64,000 bases of DNA from an uncultured Candidatus Saccharibacteria bacterium (lineage in GTDB: Bacteria; Patescibacteriota; Saccharimonadia; Saccharimonadales; Saccharimonadaceae): positions 26,627-90,626 of the forward strand of contig CAMYXA010000002.1 of NCBI GenBank assembly GCA_947302975.1, in the 5' to 3' direction. The notes beneath the pieces were generated by a model that saw only the letters and a program-made list of their open reading frames with translations, ran no database searches and was not told the origin of the DNA. Every line of letters begins with the position of its first letter. Positions within the stretch are counted from its first letter, which is position 1. The position numbers and the translations under genes are program-made. Positions 28,931-37,598 of this stretch are shown one piece after another.

Positions 28931-30538
28931 ATGAAAATCATCGGACTTGATGTCGGAGAGAAACGTATTGGCGTCGCTCGTGCCGACCTATCAACTAAAA
29001 TTGCTGTCCCAGTAGGCTATATCGAAGTCGACGGCACCGAGTGGGAAAAACTTAAAAAACTAGCATTCTTAAACAGCACCAAGTTCTTCGTGCTTGGCCG
29101 TCCACGCAGCAACGAGGGAAATGAAACCAAACAAACCCTCTTTGTGATGAATTTCGCCAAGAAACTCACCGAAGTCATCCCGGACATCAAAATCCGCTAC
29201 CAAGATGAATCTTTGACTTCTGTCGAAGCCGAAACCAGGCTGAAAGCCAGCAAAAAGGCATACGAAAAGGGCGACATCGACGCCGAAGCCGCATCCATCA
29301 TCTTACAAGATTTCATTGAGTCCTTCCGCGAACCAACCCAGACGACCGTCACCCCTGAGTCAACTAATCTCGTCAAGAAACAGGTAAAAAAAACTATCTT
29401 GAACGCTAAAATCGCGGCCGAAAAACCAAAGAAAATCGTTAAAATCGCCACCGACACCCCTCAAAAAATCATCAAAAAAGCTCGCATGAAGAAAATTCTC
29501 ACCCCAATTATTATCGTGTTGATCCTCGGCCTACTCGCCGCGGGCTCCGTCTTTTGGTATTTTGAGTCACTCTCCCCAGTTATCAAAAACTGCGAAGACA
29601 ACCGCTGCCCAGATACTGAATTCGTCGTTAGAGAAGGCGATTCCATCGACCAAATCGCCGAAAGACTCGACGAAATGGACCTAATCAGAAGCTCTTTCTT
29701 CTTCAAAATCAACCTAAAGCTCAACCACCCAGACGCATCCCTAAAGACTGGTATCTATACCCTGGATAAAGGCATGTCCGCCGATGAAATCGCTGGAAAA
29801 CTTGCCGAAGGCTCGATCGACCCGAACGTCTTCTCGTTTACCATTCTTCCAGGCGAAACCATCTTTGATATCAAGAAGAAACTTATCAACTTCGGATATC
29901 GCACCGAAGAAATCGACGAAGCGCTCTACAAAAACTACGATTTTGAGGTTTTGAAAGATCGCCCAGCCGGCAGCTCGCTCGAAGGCTATCTCTTTGGCGA
30001 AACCCACGAATTCTACAACTCTGCCAGCGTATCAGAGATTTTCGAAGTCTTCCTTAAAAATTTTGACACCATCGCAAAAGACAATGATCTTGCCGGACAA
30101 TTTGCGAAGAAAGGCCTCAATCTCCATCAGGGAATTACCCTCGCTTCAATCGTCCAAAAAGAGGCTCATTCTGCCGACCAACCAACTGTCGCCCAGGTCT
30201 TTCTTTCTCGTCTCTCCGCCGGTTACCCACTCGGTAGCGACGTAACCGTCTCCTACGCACTTGACGTCATCGACCCAGACAGAAAAACCTACAACAACAA
30301 TGCCGACGCTCTGAACGTCGATTCTTGCTACAACACGCGAAAAAATGCCGGCCTGCCATGCGGCCCAATCTCAAATCCAAGCCTTAATGCACTTCTTGCC
30401 GTCGCTAACCCAACAGATACCGCTTATTTCTATTTCTTGACAGGGGACGACGGGTCGATGTATTATAGTTATACAGAGGACGAGCACAACCAGAAAGCCC
30501 GCGACTACTGCCAAGTCCTTTGTAATATTTCATTATGA
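28931..30538 (+). CDS. mltG: YqgF/RuvX nuclease fused to MltG endolytic transglycosylase
   Basis: N-terminal GLDVGEKRIGVA, QDESLTS, IDAEAASIILQ; TM; C-terminal LEGYLF, ASIVQKE, LGSDVTV, YNT..GLPCGPISNP. Confidence 0.88.
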   Translation: MKIIGLDVGEKRIGVARADLSTKIAVPVGYIEVDGTEWEKLKKLAFLNSTKFFVLGRPRSNEGNETKQTLFVMNFAKKLTEVIPDIKIRYQDESLTSVEAETRLKASKKAYEKGDIDAEAASIILQDFIESFREPTQTTVTPESTNLVKKQVKKTILNAKIAAEKPKKIVKIATDTPQKIIKKARMKKILTPIIIVLILGLLAAGSVFWYFESLSPVIKNCEDNRCPDTEFVVREGDSIDQIAERLDEMDLIRSSFFFKINLKLNHPDASLKTGIYTLDKGMSADEIAGKLAEGSIDPNVFSFTILPGETIFDIKKKLINFGYRTEEIDEALYKNYDFEVLKDRPAGSSLEGYLFGETHEFYNSASVSEIFEVFLKNFDTIAKDNDLAGQFAKKGLNLHQGITLASIVQKEAHSADQPTVAQVFLSRLSAGYPLGSDVTVSYALDVIDPDRKTYNNNADALNVDSCYNTRKNAGLPCGPISNPSLNALLAVANPTDTAYFYFLTGDDGSMYYSYTEDEHNQKARDYCQVLCNISL

Positions 30539-31614
30539 AAAAGAAAATCGATATTGATAAGCTAAAAAGATTCAGCCTCTACTTTTTAGCAGGCGCCGGA
30601 ATCTTGACGTTGGTTTTTGTCGGCACACTCGACAAAAACAGCTCCAGCACCACCATTAGCCTTAGTGCTTTTGATGACTCCGGATTCGGCATCTCTTCTG
30701 ACCAAGTTTCAGAGGCGTATCTTGTTGCCGATTTGTCCAGTGCCCTAAATCTACCTAGCGCCGAGGATGCCGCTTACCACTATGCCGCCACCAGCAGCCT
30801 TTACAGCATCGGCCAAACCTCAGAGGGTAAGATCGAAAAGGGCTATACCATCGATACCTCAAAATTCTCTCGTGGCGTCACGACCTACGTTGTTAACGCC
30901 GGCGAGAGCATGGAATCTATCGCCGCCAAATTCGGCCTCACCACCGACCAAATTCGCTGGTCTAACGGCCTCAAAAACACTAATCTTAGCGCCGGCACCA
31001 CTCTTTACCTCACCAAGAACGTCTCCGGTATCGTCTATACAGTTAAATCCGGCGATACTCTCGAGGGAATCGCCTCAAAATATGGTTCAACCGCCGAAAA
31101 AATTCGCCATTTGAACGATATCGAAGTGACCGGTATTTCCGAAGGTATGAAGATTGCTATCGAGGGCGGCTCACTTCCAACAACCGAACGCCCAGAATAC
31201 GTCCCACCTCGCCCAGTCTATACCTACAGCACCTACGGTAACACCGGTACCCGTATTAATATCTCCATCGTCATCGCAAACGGCTTCGGTTCATACGGTG
31301 GCTACGGATGGGGTCAATGTACCAGCTGGGCTTGGTTCAACCGCCAAGATCTCCCAACAAACCTCGGCAACGCCAGCTCCTGGGCCTATAACGCCGCTGC
31401 AGCCGGATTCCCAGTCGACCACAACCCTCAGCCCGGAGACATCTTCCAGCATGGTGGTGGTTGGTATGGTCACGTTGGTTATGTTGAATCTAAAAATGAT
31501 GACGGTTCAATCACCATCACTGAAGCTAACTACAACTACTACGCCGGTCGTGTCACCCGCGCAACCATCCCAGCCAACGTCGTTCCGTCCTTGAATTACA
31601 TCCATAGACGATAA
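30535..31614 (+). CDS. LysM x2 + CHAP peptidoglycan hydrolase
   Basis: YVVNAGESMESIA and YTVKSGDTLEGIA LysM repeats; GQCTSWA, LGNASSW, YGHVGYVE, ITEANY CHAP motifs. Confidence 0.9.
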   Translation: MKKKIDIDKLKRFSLYFLAGAGILTLVFVGTLDKNSSSTTISLSAFDDSGFGISSDQVSEAYLVADLSSALNLPSAEDAAYHYAATSSLYSIGQTSEGKIEKGYTIDTSKFSRGVTTYVVNAGESMESIAAKFGLTTDQIRWSNGLKNTNLSAGTTLYLTKNVSGIVYTVKSGDTLEGIASKYGSTAEKIRHLNDIEVTGISEGMKIAIEGGSLPTTERPEYVPPRPVYTYSTYGNTGTRINISIVIANGFGSYGGYGWGQCTSWAWFNRQDLPTNLGNASSWAYNAAAAGFPVDHNPQPGDIFQHGGGWYGHVGYVESKNDDGSITITEANYNYYAGRVTRATIPANVVPSLNYIHRR

Positions 31615-31642
31615 CGCTAAAAAATGTTATAATATAAATATT

Positions 31643-32938
31643 ATGTTCGTAGATACAGCGAAAGTTAATTTGAAGGCCGGTAAAGGCGGTGATGGCGCCG
31701 TTTCTTTCCGTCACGAAATCTACATTCCTAAGGGTGGACCAGATGGCGGTGACGGCGGAAAAGGTGGCGACATTGTTTTTCGTGCTGACAAAGATACGAA
31801 CACCCTTCTAGATTTCAAATTCTCCCCAATTCTAACTGCCGAAGATGGCAAAAACGGATCCGGCACTCGCTCTGCTGGCCGCTCCGGAAAAGATTTAATC
31901 GTCGAAGTCCCAATCGGCACCGTCGTTCGTCGCGATGGTAAGGTTATTGCCGATTTAACCCACGACCAAGAAGAAGCTATCGTAGCCAAAGGTGGCGACG
32001 GCGGCTTTGGCAATGCCCACTTCAAATCATCCACCCGCCAAGCCCCAATTATCGCCGAAGTTGGCGAACCAGGCGAAGAGTTCGAAGCCGAACTAGAGCT
32101 AAAACTCCTTGCCGATGTTGGTCTCGTTGGTCTTCCTAATGCCGGCAAATCCACATTCCTCTCTGTTATTTCAAACGCTAAGCCAGAAATTGCCGACTAC
32201 CCATTCACGACCATCACCCCAAATCTTGGCATGGCCCATATCGACGAACGAGATCTCCTCATCGCCGACATTCCTGGCCTTATCGAGGGCGCTTCAGAAG
32301 GGAAAGGTCTAGGACACGCCTTCCTTCGCCACGTCGACCGCACTGCTGTTTTGCTTCACCTTATCGATGTCTATAACGATGATGCTGGCGAAGCCTACCA
32401 AACCATCCGAAACGAGCTCGACAAATATTCAGATCTTAAAGACCGCCCAGAGGTGGTCGCACTCACTAAATGCGAGGGCTTAGACCCTGAAATCATCAAG
32501 ATGCAGGAAGCTTCCATCCTCGCCAAGAATCCAAATGCTCAAATTTTCACCATTTCTTCTCAAGCCCACCAGGGATTAACCGAACTTTTGCGCGAGCTCA
32601 AAACCCGCGTTGAAGCCTCAAGCTTCTCTGGGGCTCAGTCTCCAGCAGAAGAGGAAGAATTAGTCTCATCAGAAGTTCCAACCATCTCTCTTAATCCTTC
32701 TGAAACCAAGAATACCTGGAACATCGAAAGAACCGAAGACGGCGTATTTATCGTCCGCGGCGAAAAGATTGAAAAATTTGCCCGCCGCACCGATCTAAAT
32801 AACTACGCATCTGTGAACCGCCTCCGCGATATCATGAAAAAACTTGGCATCAAATCAGAGCTCACCTCTCTTGGCGCCGAGCCAGAATCTATCATCAGTA
32901 TCGCCGGCAAAGAATTCACCCTTGTCGAAGACTACTAA
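31643..32938 (+). CDS. obgE: Obg GTPase
   Basis: Gly-rich Obg fold GGPDGGDGG, GLPNAGKST, YPFTT, DIPG, C-terminal DUF1967-like domain. Confidence 0.97.
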   Translation: MFVDTAKVNLKAGKGGDGAVSFRHEIYIPKGGPDGGDGGKGGDIVFRADKDTNTLLDFKFSPILTAEDGKNGSGTRSAGRSGKDLIVEVPIGTVVRRDGKVIADLTHDQEEAIVAKGGDGGFGNAHFKSSTRQAPIIAEVGEPGEEFEAELELKLLADVGLVGLPNAGKSTFLSVISNAKPEIADYPFTTITPNLGMAHIDERDLLIADIPGLIEGASEGKGLGHAFLRHVDRTAVLLHLIDVYNDDAGEAYQTIRNELDKYSDLKDRPEVVALTKCEGLDPEIIKMQEASILAKNPNAQIFTISSQAHQGLTELLRELKTRVEASSFSGAQSPAEEEELVSSEVPTISLNPSETKNTWNIERTEDGVFIVRGEKIEKFARRTDLNNYASVNRLRDIMKKLGIKSELTSLGAEPESIISIAGKEFTLVEDY

Positions 32939-32970
32939 AAAAAGAGCTGCCCTGGTGGGCAGCCTTTTTT
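32938..32970. terminator. Bidirectional intrinsic terminator
   Basis: A-tract, GCTGCCC-tggt-GGGCAGC, T-tract. Confidence 0.75.
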
Positions 32971-33739
32971 ATAAAGTACTTCTTGATTTGGCCTTGTTTC
33001 GAAGAGAAGCTTCGACAACGCTAGAAAATGCTTTTCTATACGCCTCTCCGTCAGAAGAAAAACTTGAAAGTGGTGCTTTTGAGAATGCGCGAAGCAGGAA
33101 TCTTCCAACCTTATCGGGTCGGAAATTCGCATGTTTCGGATATTCTCCAGATCCGCGAGATGCGCCAGCTGCGTAATTCGTAAGCTTAGCTGCAACATCC
33201 GGATCCACAATCTTGTCACCAAGACTATAGACCACACCGTCAACCCTGTTTTTCTTGATACCTGCGTTCGTTGATGCAGCTTTATACTGCTTTGCGATCG
33301 CATAGATAGACAAGAACCAGCCATCCGGCTTAGTTCCGCCGAAAAGAGGCCAAAACCTGTGTTTCTTGAAGGGTTTCGATATGAACATGATGACACTCAT
33401 CATCAAACTAATAACCCCCCTGAAAATGCAAACTGCGGCATTTTTCCTGACTGAGTCCACACCGAGGTATGGACAAACGTAGTAGACATCCGTGTCTTCG
33501 TCGTCCGCAAGGATATTGCCAACCAAAGCCCCAAGCGATATGCAGATCAGAACCTTCTTTTCTGCATTATCCTCACGAATTTGATTCGCAAATTCTGCTG
33601 GATCCCAATCCTCGCCTGCACGAAGATTTTCGACCGGCCATTTGCCATAATTGTCAACGATCACGTCAACTAATGGCTGATAAAACTTCTGTTCCGTCCC
33701 AGCAAGAGCGCCAGGTATCAGATAAATCTTACCATTCAT
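32969..33739 (-). CDS. ORFan, probable alpha/beta hydrolase
   Basis: YLIPGA oxyanion-like strand, CISLG elbow, SLGDKIVDP acid, PKHANF His. Confidence 0.5.
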   Translation of the reverse strand: MNGKIYLIPGALAGTEQKFYQPLVDVIVDNYGKWPVENLRAGEDWDPAEFANQIREDNAEKKVLICISLGALVGNILADDEDTDVYYVCPYLGVDSVRKNAAVCIFRGVISLMMSVIMFISKPFKKHRFWPLFGGTKPDGWFLSIYAIAKQYKAASTNAGIKKNRVDGVVYSLGDKIVDPDVAAKLTNYAAGASRGSGEYPKHANFRPDKVGRFLLRAFSKAPLSSFSSDGEAYRKAFSSVVEASLRNKAKSRSTL

Positions 33740-33845
33740 AACATTCCCTCCATTTTAATGTGCAAATTTAGTTCTACCTTATATTATATCACAAAATGCC
33801 AAAAAAATCAATAGACACCCCTGATCAGGAGGGTCGAATTCGGTA

Positions 33846-33874
33846 TTGACAAATCGACGCTTATGCTTTATTAT
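33846..33874 (+). promoter_or_regulatory. Promoter TTGACA-17-TATTAT
   Basis: Near-consensus elements at 33846-33851 and 33869-33874. Confidence 0.7.
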
Positions 33875-33880
33875 AAACAT

Positions 33881-34036
33881 AAGCTGATACGCTTCACAGG
33901 GGTTCCACTGAATTATTTAGTGGAGTGTGGAGACTTACATTAAAAACAAAAACAGCGGATTAAAACAAAACAATGTGCCCCAAGGGTGGGCGCGCATCAG
34001 CGCGAAAAAGAGACAGACGCAAGTCGTCTCTTTTTT
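33881..34036 (+). ncRNA. Candidate ~155-nt structured small RNA of unknown family
   Basis: Own promoter, closing helix, two internal hairpins, A-rich repeats, GCAA-capped terminator. Confidence 0.5.
34005..34036 (+). terminator. Intrinsic terminator with GNRA loop
   Basis: AAAAAGAGAC-a-GAC-gcaa-GTC-GTCTCTTTTTT. Confidence 0.8.
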
Positions 34037-34052
34037 ATGTTATAATATAGGT

Positions 34053-35405
34053 ATGAGCAAACTAGAAGATATCGTAAGTTTATGTAAACGCCGTGGGTTT
34101 ATTTTCCCAGGCTCCGATGTTTATGGCGGCATGGCCGGCACTTGGGACTTCGGGCCTCTTGGCGTCTCGTTGAAGAAAAACATCATGGATGCATGGTGGA
34201 ATTACTTCGTCGAAAAACGCGACGACATGTATGGTGTCGACGCAGCCATCATTATGAATCCAAGAACTTGGGTCGCTTCTGGTCACACTGCAACTTTTGC
34301 CGATCCACTCGTTGAATGTAAAGAATGTAAATCTCGCTTCCGCGCCGACAAAATCGCAGACGGTATCTCCGAATCTGTTACTACTGAAGAATTCTTGGCC
34401 ACCCACACCAAGTGTCCAGTTTGTGGCAAAGAAAACTGGGGTCCAATCCGCAAGTTTAACATGATGTTCTCAACCCATGTTGGCGCCGTCCTTCCAGAAG
34501 ACACTCAGGATAATCCAGAGCTCGCCGCAAAAAACATTGCCTATCTTCGCCCAGAAACCGCACAAGGTATCTTCACTAACTACAAAAACGTTATCGATAC
34601 AATCTATCCAAGCCTGCCATTCGGTCTCGCCCAACAGGGAAAAGCCTTCCGTAACGAAATTTCTCCGCGCGACTTTATCCTTCGCGACCGTGAATGTTCG
34701 CAGATGGAGATCGAATACTTCGTACATCCAGATTCATGGGAAGGCGAGTTTGAAAAACTTCGCGCCCTCCAACATGACTTCCTCGAGAATGTTGTAAAAC
34801 TTCCAGCCGAGAATATCCACGAGCTAGAAGTTCCAGCCGAAGACCGCGCCCACTATTCTAAGCGCACCATCGACTTTATGTTTGATTATCCAAACGGCGA
34901 AGAAGAGTTGATGGGTCTTGCCTATCGCACCGATTTCGACCTCTCGAATATCCAACGCGAATCTGGCAAAAATATGGAATATCGCGATAAAAACACCGGC
35001 GAAACCTTCATTCCACACGTCATCGAGCCATCAATCGGCGTCGAGCGTCTCTTCCTCGCTATTCTTTCTACCGCCTACACTGAAGAAGAGAACGAAGGGA
35101 AAACCCGTATCCTCTTAAAGCTTCCTGAAAACCTTGCCCCATATCATTTCTGCGTTTCACCACTCCTTAAGAACAAACCAGAGCTCGTCGAGAAGGCTCG
35201 TGCCGTCTATGATATGCTCCGCGAGAAGTATGGCAATGTTACTTGGGACGATTCCGGCAACATTGGTAAGCGCTACATGAAACAAGACGAAATCGGAACT
35301 CCAAAATGCGTCGTTATTGACTTCGACACCTTAGAAGACGACACCGTAACCGTTCGCGACCGCGACACCACCAAGCAGACTCGCGTCAAGATTAGCGAAT
35401 TATAG
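34053..35405 (+). CDS. glyS: Glycyl-tRNA synthetase, alpha2 (homodimeric) type
   Basis: LCKRRGFIF, YLRPETAQGIF, FRNEISPR, HYSKRT, PHVIEPS motifs; start reassigned to 34053. Confidence 0.96.
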   Translation: MSKLEDIVSLCKRRGFIFPGSDVYGGMAGTWDFGPLGVSLKKNIMDAWWNYFVEKRDDMYGVDAAIIMNPRTWVASGHTATFADPLVECKECKSRFRADKIADGISESVTTEEFLATHTKCPVCGKENWGPIRKFNMMFSTHVGAVLPEDTQDNPELAAKNIAYLRPETAQGIFTNYKNVIDTIYPSLPFGLAQQGKAFRNEISPRDFILRDRECSQMEIEYFVHPDSWEGEFEKLRALQHDFLENVVKLPAENIHELEVPAEDRAHYSKRTIDFMFDYPNGEEELMGLAYRTDFDLSNIQRESGKNMEYRDKNTGETFIPHVIEPSIGVERLFLAILSTAYTEEENEGKTRILLKLPENLAPYHFCVSPLLKNKPELVEKARAVYDMLREKYGNVTWDDSGNIGKRYMKQDEIGTPKCVVIDFDTLEDDTVTVRDRDTTKQTRVKISEL

Positions 35406-35413
35406 GAGAATCA

Positions 35414-36931
35414 ATGCCAAAGAAGACCACGAAAAAAGCTGAAGAACCAAAAAAGCGCCCGATCCAAAAGATCGTGGCGTGGTCTTTTGTTGGGATTTCG
35501 CTTGTGCTTTCCGGATGGTTGCTCATCTCTCTCATCCGCCTCAACATTTTGCCAAACCGCATCTTTATTCCAATCACCATTATTCTTGTCGCCCTAAACT
35601 TCATCGCGCTCGGCCTAGCACTCTCAAAGAAAAGAGCTTCACTCATCATCTCAACCGTTCTTTCCGCACTCCTTATCGGAGCTGGCGCATTTGCCGCTCT
35701 CAAAATCAATGACACGATCAGCTTCCTCGACACCAACTTCGGACAGGCCAAAGCCACTACGGCCTACAACATCGTCGTCGCAACGAATTCCGTCTACGAC
35801 GAAAATTCCGACCTCTCCGGAAAGGAAATCTTTACCCTCCGCGACCTCGTTGCCGACCTTAACAAAATCAAGACCGGCATCAAGGACAACACCGGCGCAG
35901 TCGTGAGCTTCGTCGAGAACTTGCCAGAGCTAATCAGCTCCGTAAAAGACAACAACGAAAAAATTGCCGCCATCAACGCCGGCTCATTTGAGGCCTTCCT
36001 GATCGACAACGAAGACTACCAAGACAAGCTCCGCATCATTAAAACCATCAAAATCGATGACAAAAAAGATAGCGAAACATTGGCTGGGAATATCCTCGAC
36101 AAGCCATTCGCGATTTATCTATCCGGCATCGACACCAGAAGTGGCAGCCTCCCAGACCGCAGCCTTTCAGACGTTAACATCGTTGCTGCCATCGACCCAG
36201 TCTTAAAGAAAATCCTTCTCGTCTCCATCCCGCGTGACTATTACGTCTATATCCACGGCACCGCCGGCACCGGATATCGCGACAAACTCACCCACGCCGG
36301 TTCAATCGGCGGCGTCGAGCTCTCCAAAGCCACGATCGAAGACCTACTCGGAATCAGTATCCCATACTACATGCGTGTTAACTTCAATTTCATTTCTAAA
36401 CTCGTCGATGCAATCGGCGGCGTCGAGGTCAACTCCGACGTCGACTACAGCTTTAAATGCGGCGACAAGAAAGAATGTACCATCAATCCTGGCTCAAACT
36501 ACCTCATGGGCAAATGCGCCCTCGCCTTCGCCCGTGAGCGCCACTCCTATGCTTCCGGCGACCGTCACCGCGGCGAAAACCAAGAGCAGCTCATCTCGGT
36601 TATCATGAAAAAAGTTTCATCTTCCGCAACTCTTCTCACTAATTATTCCGAAATTCTAAATTCTCTTAGCGGCACCTTTGAAACCAACCTCACCACCGAT
36701 AACATCACCAGCTTCGTCAAAGCCCAGCTCGACAACATGAGCCCATGGACCACCGAAACCTCAAACCTCGATGGCTACGGCGGCATGGAGCTAACTTATA
36801 GCTACCGCGCACAACGCCTCTACGTCATGCATCCAAACGAAGCCACGGTGACCACCGCCAAAGAGAAACTCAGCAAATTCTTAACCGTCCCGGAACCACC
36901 AAAAGAAGAACCAGTCGAAACTGAGGAATAA
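35414..36931 (+). CDS. LCP (LytR-CpsA-Psr) family glycopolymer transferase, CpsA-like
   Basis: Three N-terminal TMs; SGIDTR, SDVNIV, SIPRDYYV, DKLTHAG, FARERH, GDRHRGENQ motifs. Confidence 0.92.
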   Translation: MPKKTTKKAEEPKKRPIQKIVAWSFVGISLVLSGWLLISLIRLNILPNRIFIPITIILVALNFIALGLALSKKRASLIISTVLSALLIGAGAFAALKINDTISFLDTNFGQAKATTAYNIVVATNSVYDENSDLSGKEIFTLRDLVADLNKIKTGIKDNTGAVVSFVENLPELISSVKDNNEKIAAINAGSFEAFLIDNEDYQDKLRIIKTIKIDDKKDSETLAGNILDKPFAIYLSGIDTRSGSLPDRSLSDVNIVAAIDPVLKKILLVSIPRDYYVYIHGTAGTGYRDKLTHAGSIGGVELSKATIEDLLGISIPYYMRVNFNFISKLVDAIGGVEVNSDVDYSFKCGDKKECTINPGSNYLMGKCALAFARERHSYASGDRHRGENQEQLISVIMKKVSSSATLLTNYSEILNSLSGTFETNLTTDNITSFVKAQLDNMSPWTTETSNLDGYGGMELTYSYRAQRLYVMHPNEATVTTAKEKLSKFLTVPEPPKEEPVETEE

Positions 36932-36964
36932 AAGATGAGCCCCTTGGGAGGAGCTCATCTTTTT
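36930..36964. terminator. Bidirectional terminator between convergent LCP gene and ppa
   Basis: AAAAGATGAGC...GCTCATCTTTT. Confidence 0.8.
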
Positions 36965-36972
36965 ACCGAATT

Positions 36973-37515
36973 TTACTCGTGACGATCAGATTCGTCCCAA
37001 CGCTTGATAGATTCAGCAATAACTTTCTTAGCCTCATCAAGACCAAAGAAGCCTTTAACCTCAGTTGAGCCAGGTTTCTTAAGATCCTTGTAGTGATTGA
37101 AGTGGAATTCGATCTGCTTCAAAAGTTGTTTTGGAAGATCTTCCAAAGTCTGATACATGTCGCCATTGTTGCGGTCGTCTTCAGGAACACAAATGATCTT
37201 GTCATCAACCTCGCCACCATCGACGAATTTCATAACGCCAAGGATGCGGGCTTTCATCCAGATACCGGTCGTGAGTGGTTGATCGGTAATCATGAGAACA
37301 TCGAGCTCATCGCCGTCCTCGTCGATAGTCTGAGGAATGAAACCATAGTTGCAAGGCTTAGCAAAAGCAACTGGTTCAACACGATCAAGCATAAAGCAAG
37401 CATGCTCACGATCCCATTCAATCTTGTGGTTGGATCCAGTAGGGATTTCGATTACAACATTTAGTGAACCATTTTCATAGTCACCGACAGTTAGAACTTT
37501 ATTAAAATCTGCCAT
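36973..37515 (-). CDS. ppa: Inorganic pyrophosphatase family I
   Basis: NYGFIPQT, DEDGDELDVL, DDKII motifs. Confidence 0.95.
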   Translation of the reverse strand: MADFNKVLTVGDYENGSLNVVIEIPTGSNHKIEWDREHACFMLDRVEPVAFAKPCNYGFIPQTIDEDGDELDVLMITDQPLTTGIWMKARILGVMKFVDGGEVDDKIICVPEDDRNNGDMYQTLEDLPKQLLKQIEFHFNHYKDLKKPGSTEVKGFFGLDEAKKVIAESIKRWDESDRHE

Positions 37516-37598
37516 GTATTCTCCATGTTAAATTATTCCCATATTATACCACAAATAAACCACTTGCAAAAACATAAAAATTATATAATAATATTATT

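Noticed and set aside
32623-32651. Hairpin in the obgE linker, and a slightly long loop in rarA, as further inserted elements
   Set aside because: The length excess is only a few residues and the stems are short enough to arise by chance.
33820-33829. Perfect palindrome CCTGATCAGG between divergent promoters as an operator
   Set aside because: Only 10 bp, a single occurrence noticed, and no linked regulator; insufficient evidence.
33892-33932. c-di-GMP-I riboswitch-like CACAGGG
   Set aside because: Lacks the GCAAA junction, GNRA tetraloop and receptor.
33975-34036. T-box riboswitch for glyS (AAGGGTGG before a terminator)
   Set aside because: UGGN is not followed by ACC, there is no Stem I with a Gly specifier loop, and glyS has its own promoter. 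Kept only as an unknown RNA.
33927-34052. N-terminal extension of GlyRS in the ORF track
   Set aside because: It runs through a terminator hairpin; homology starts at MSKLEDIV (34053).
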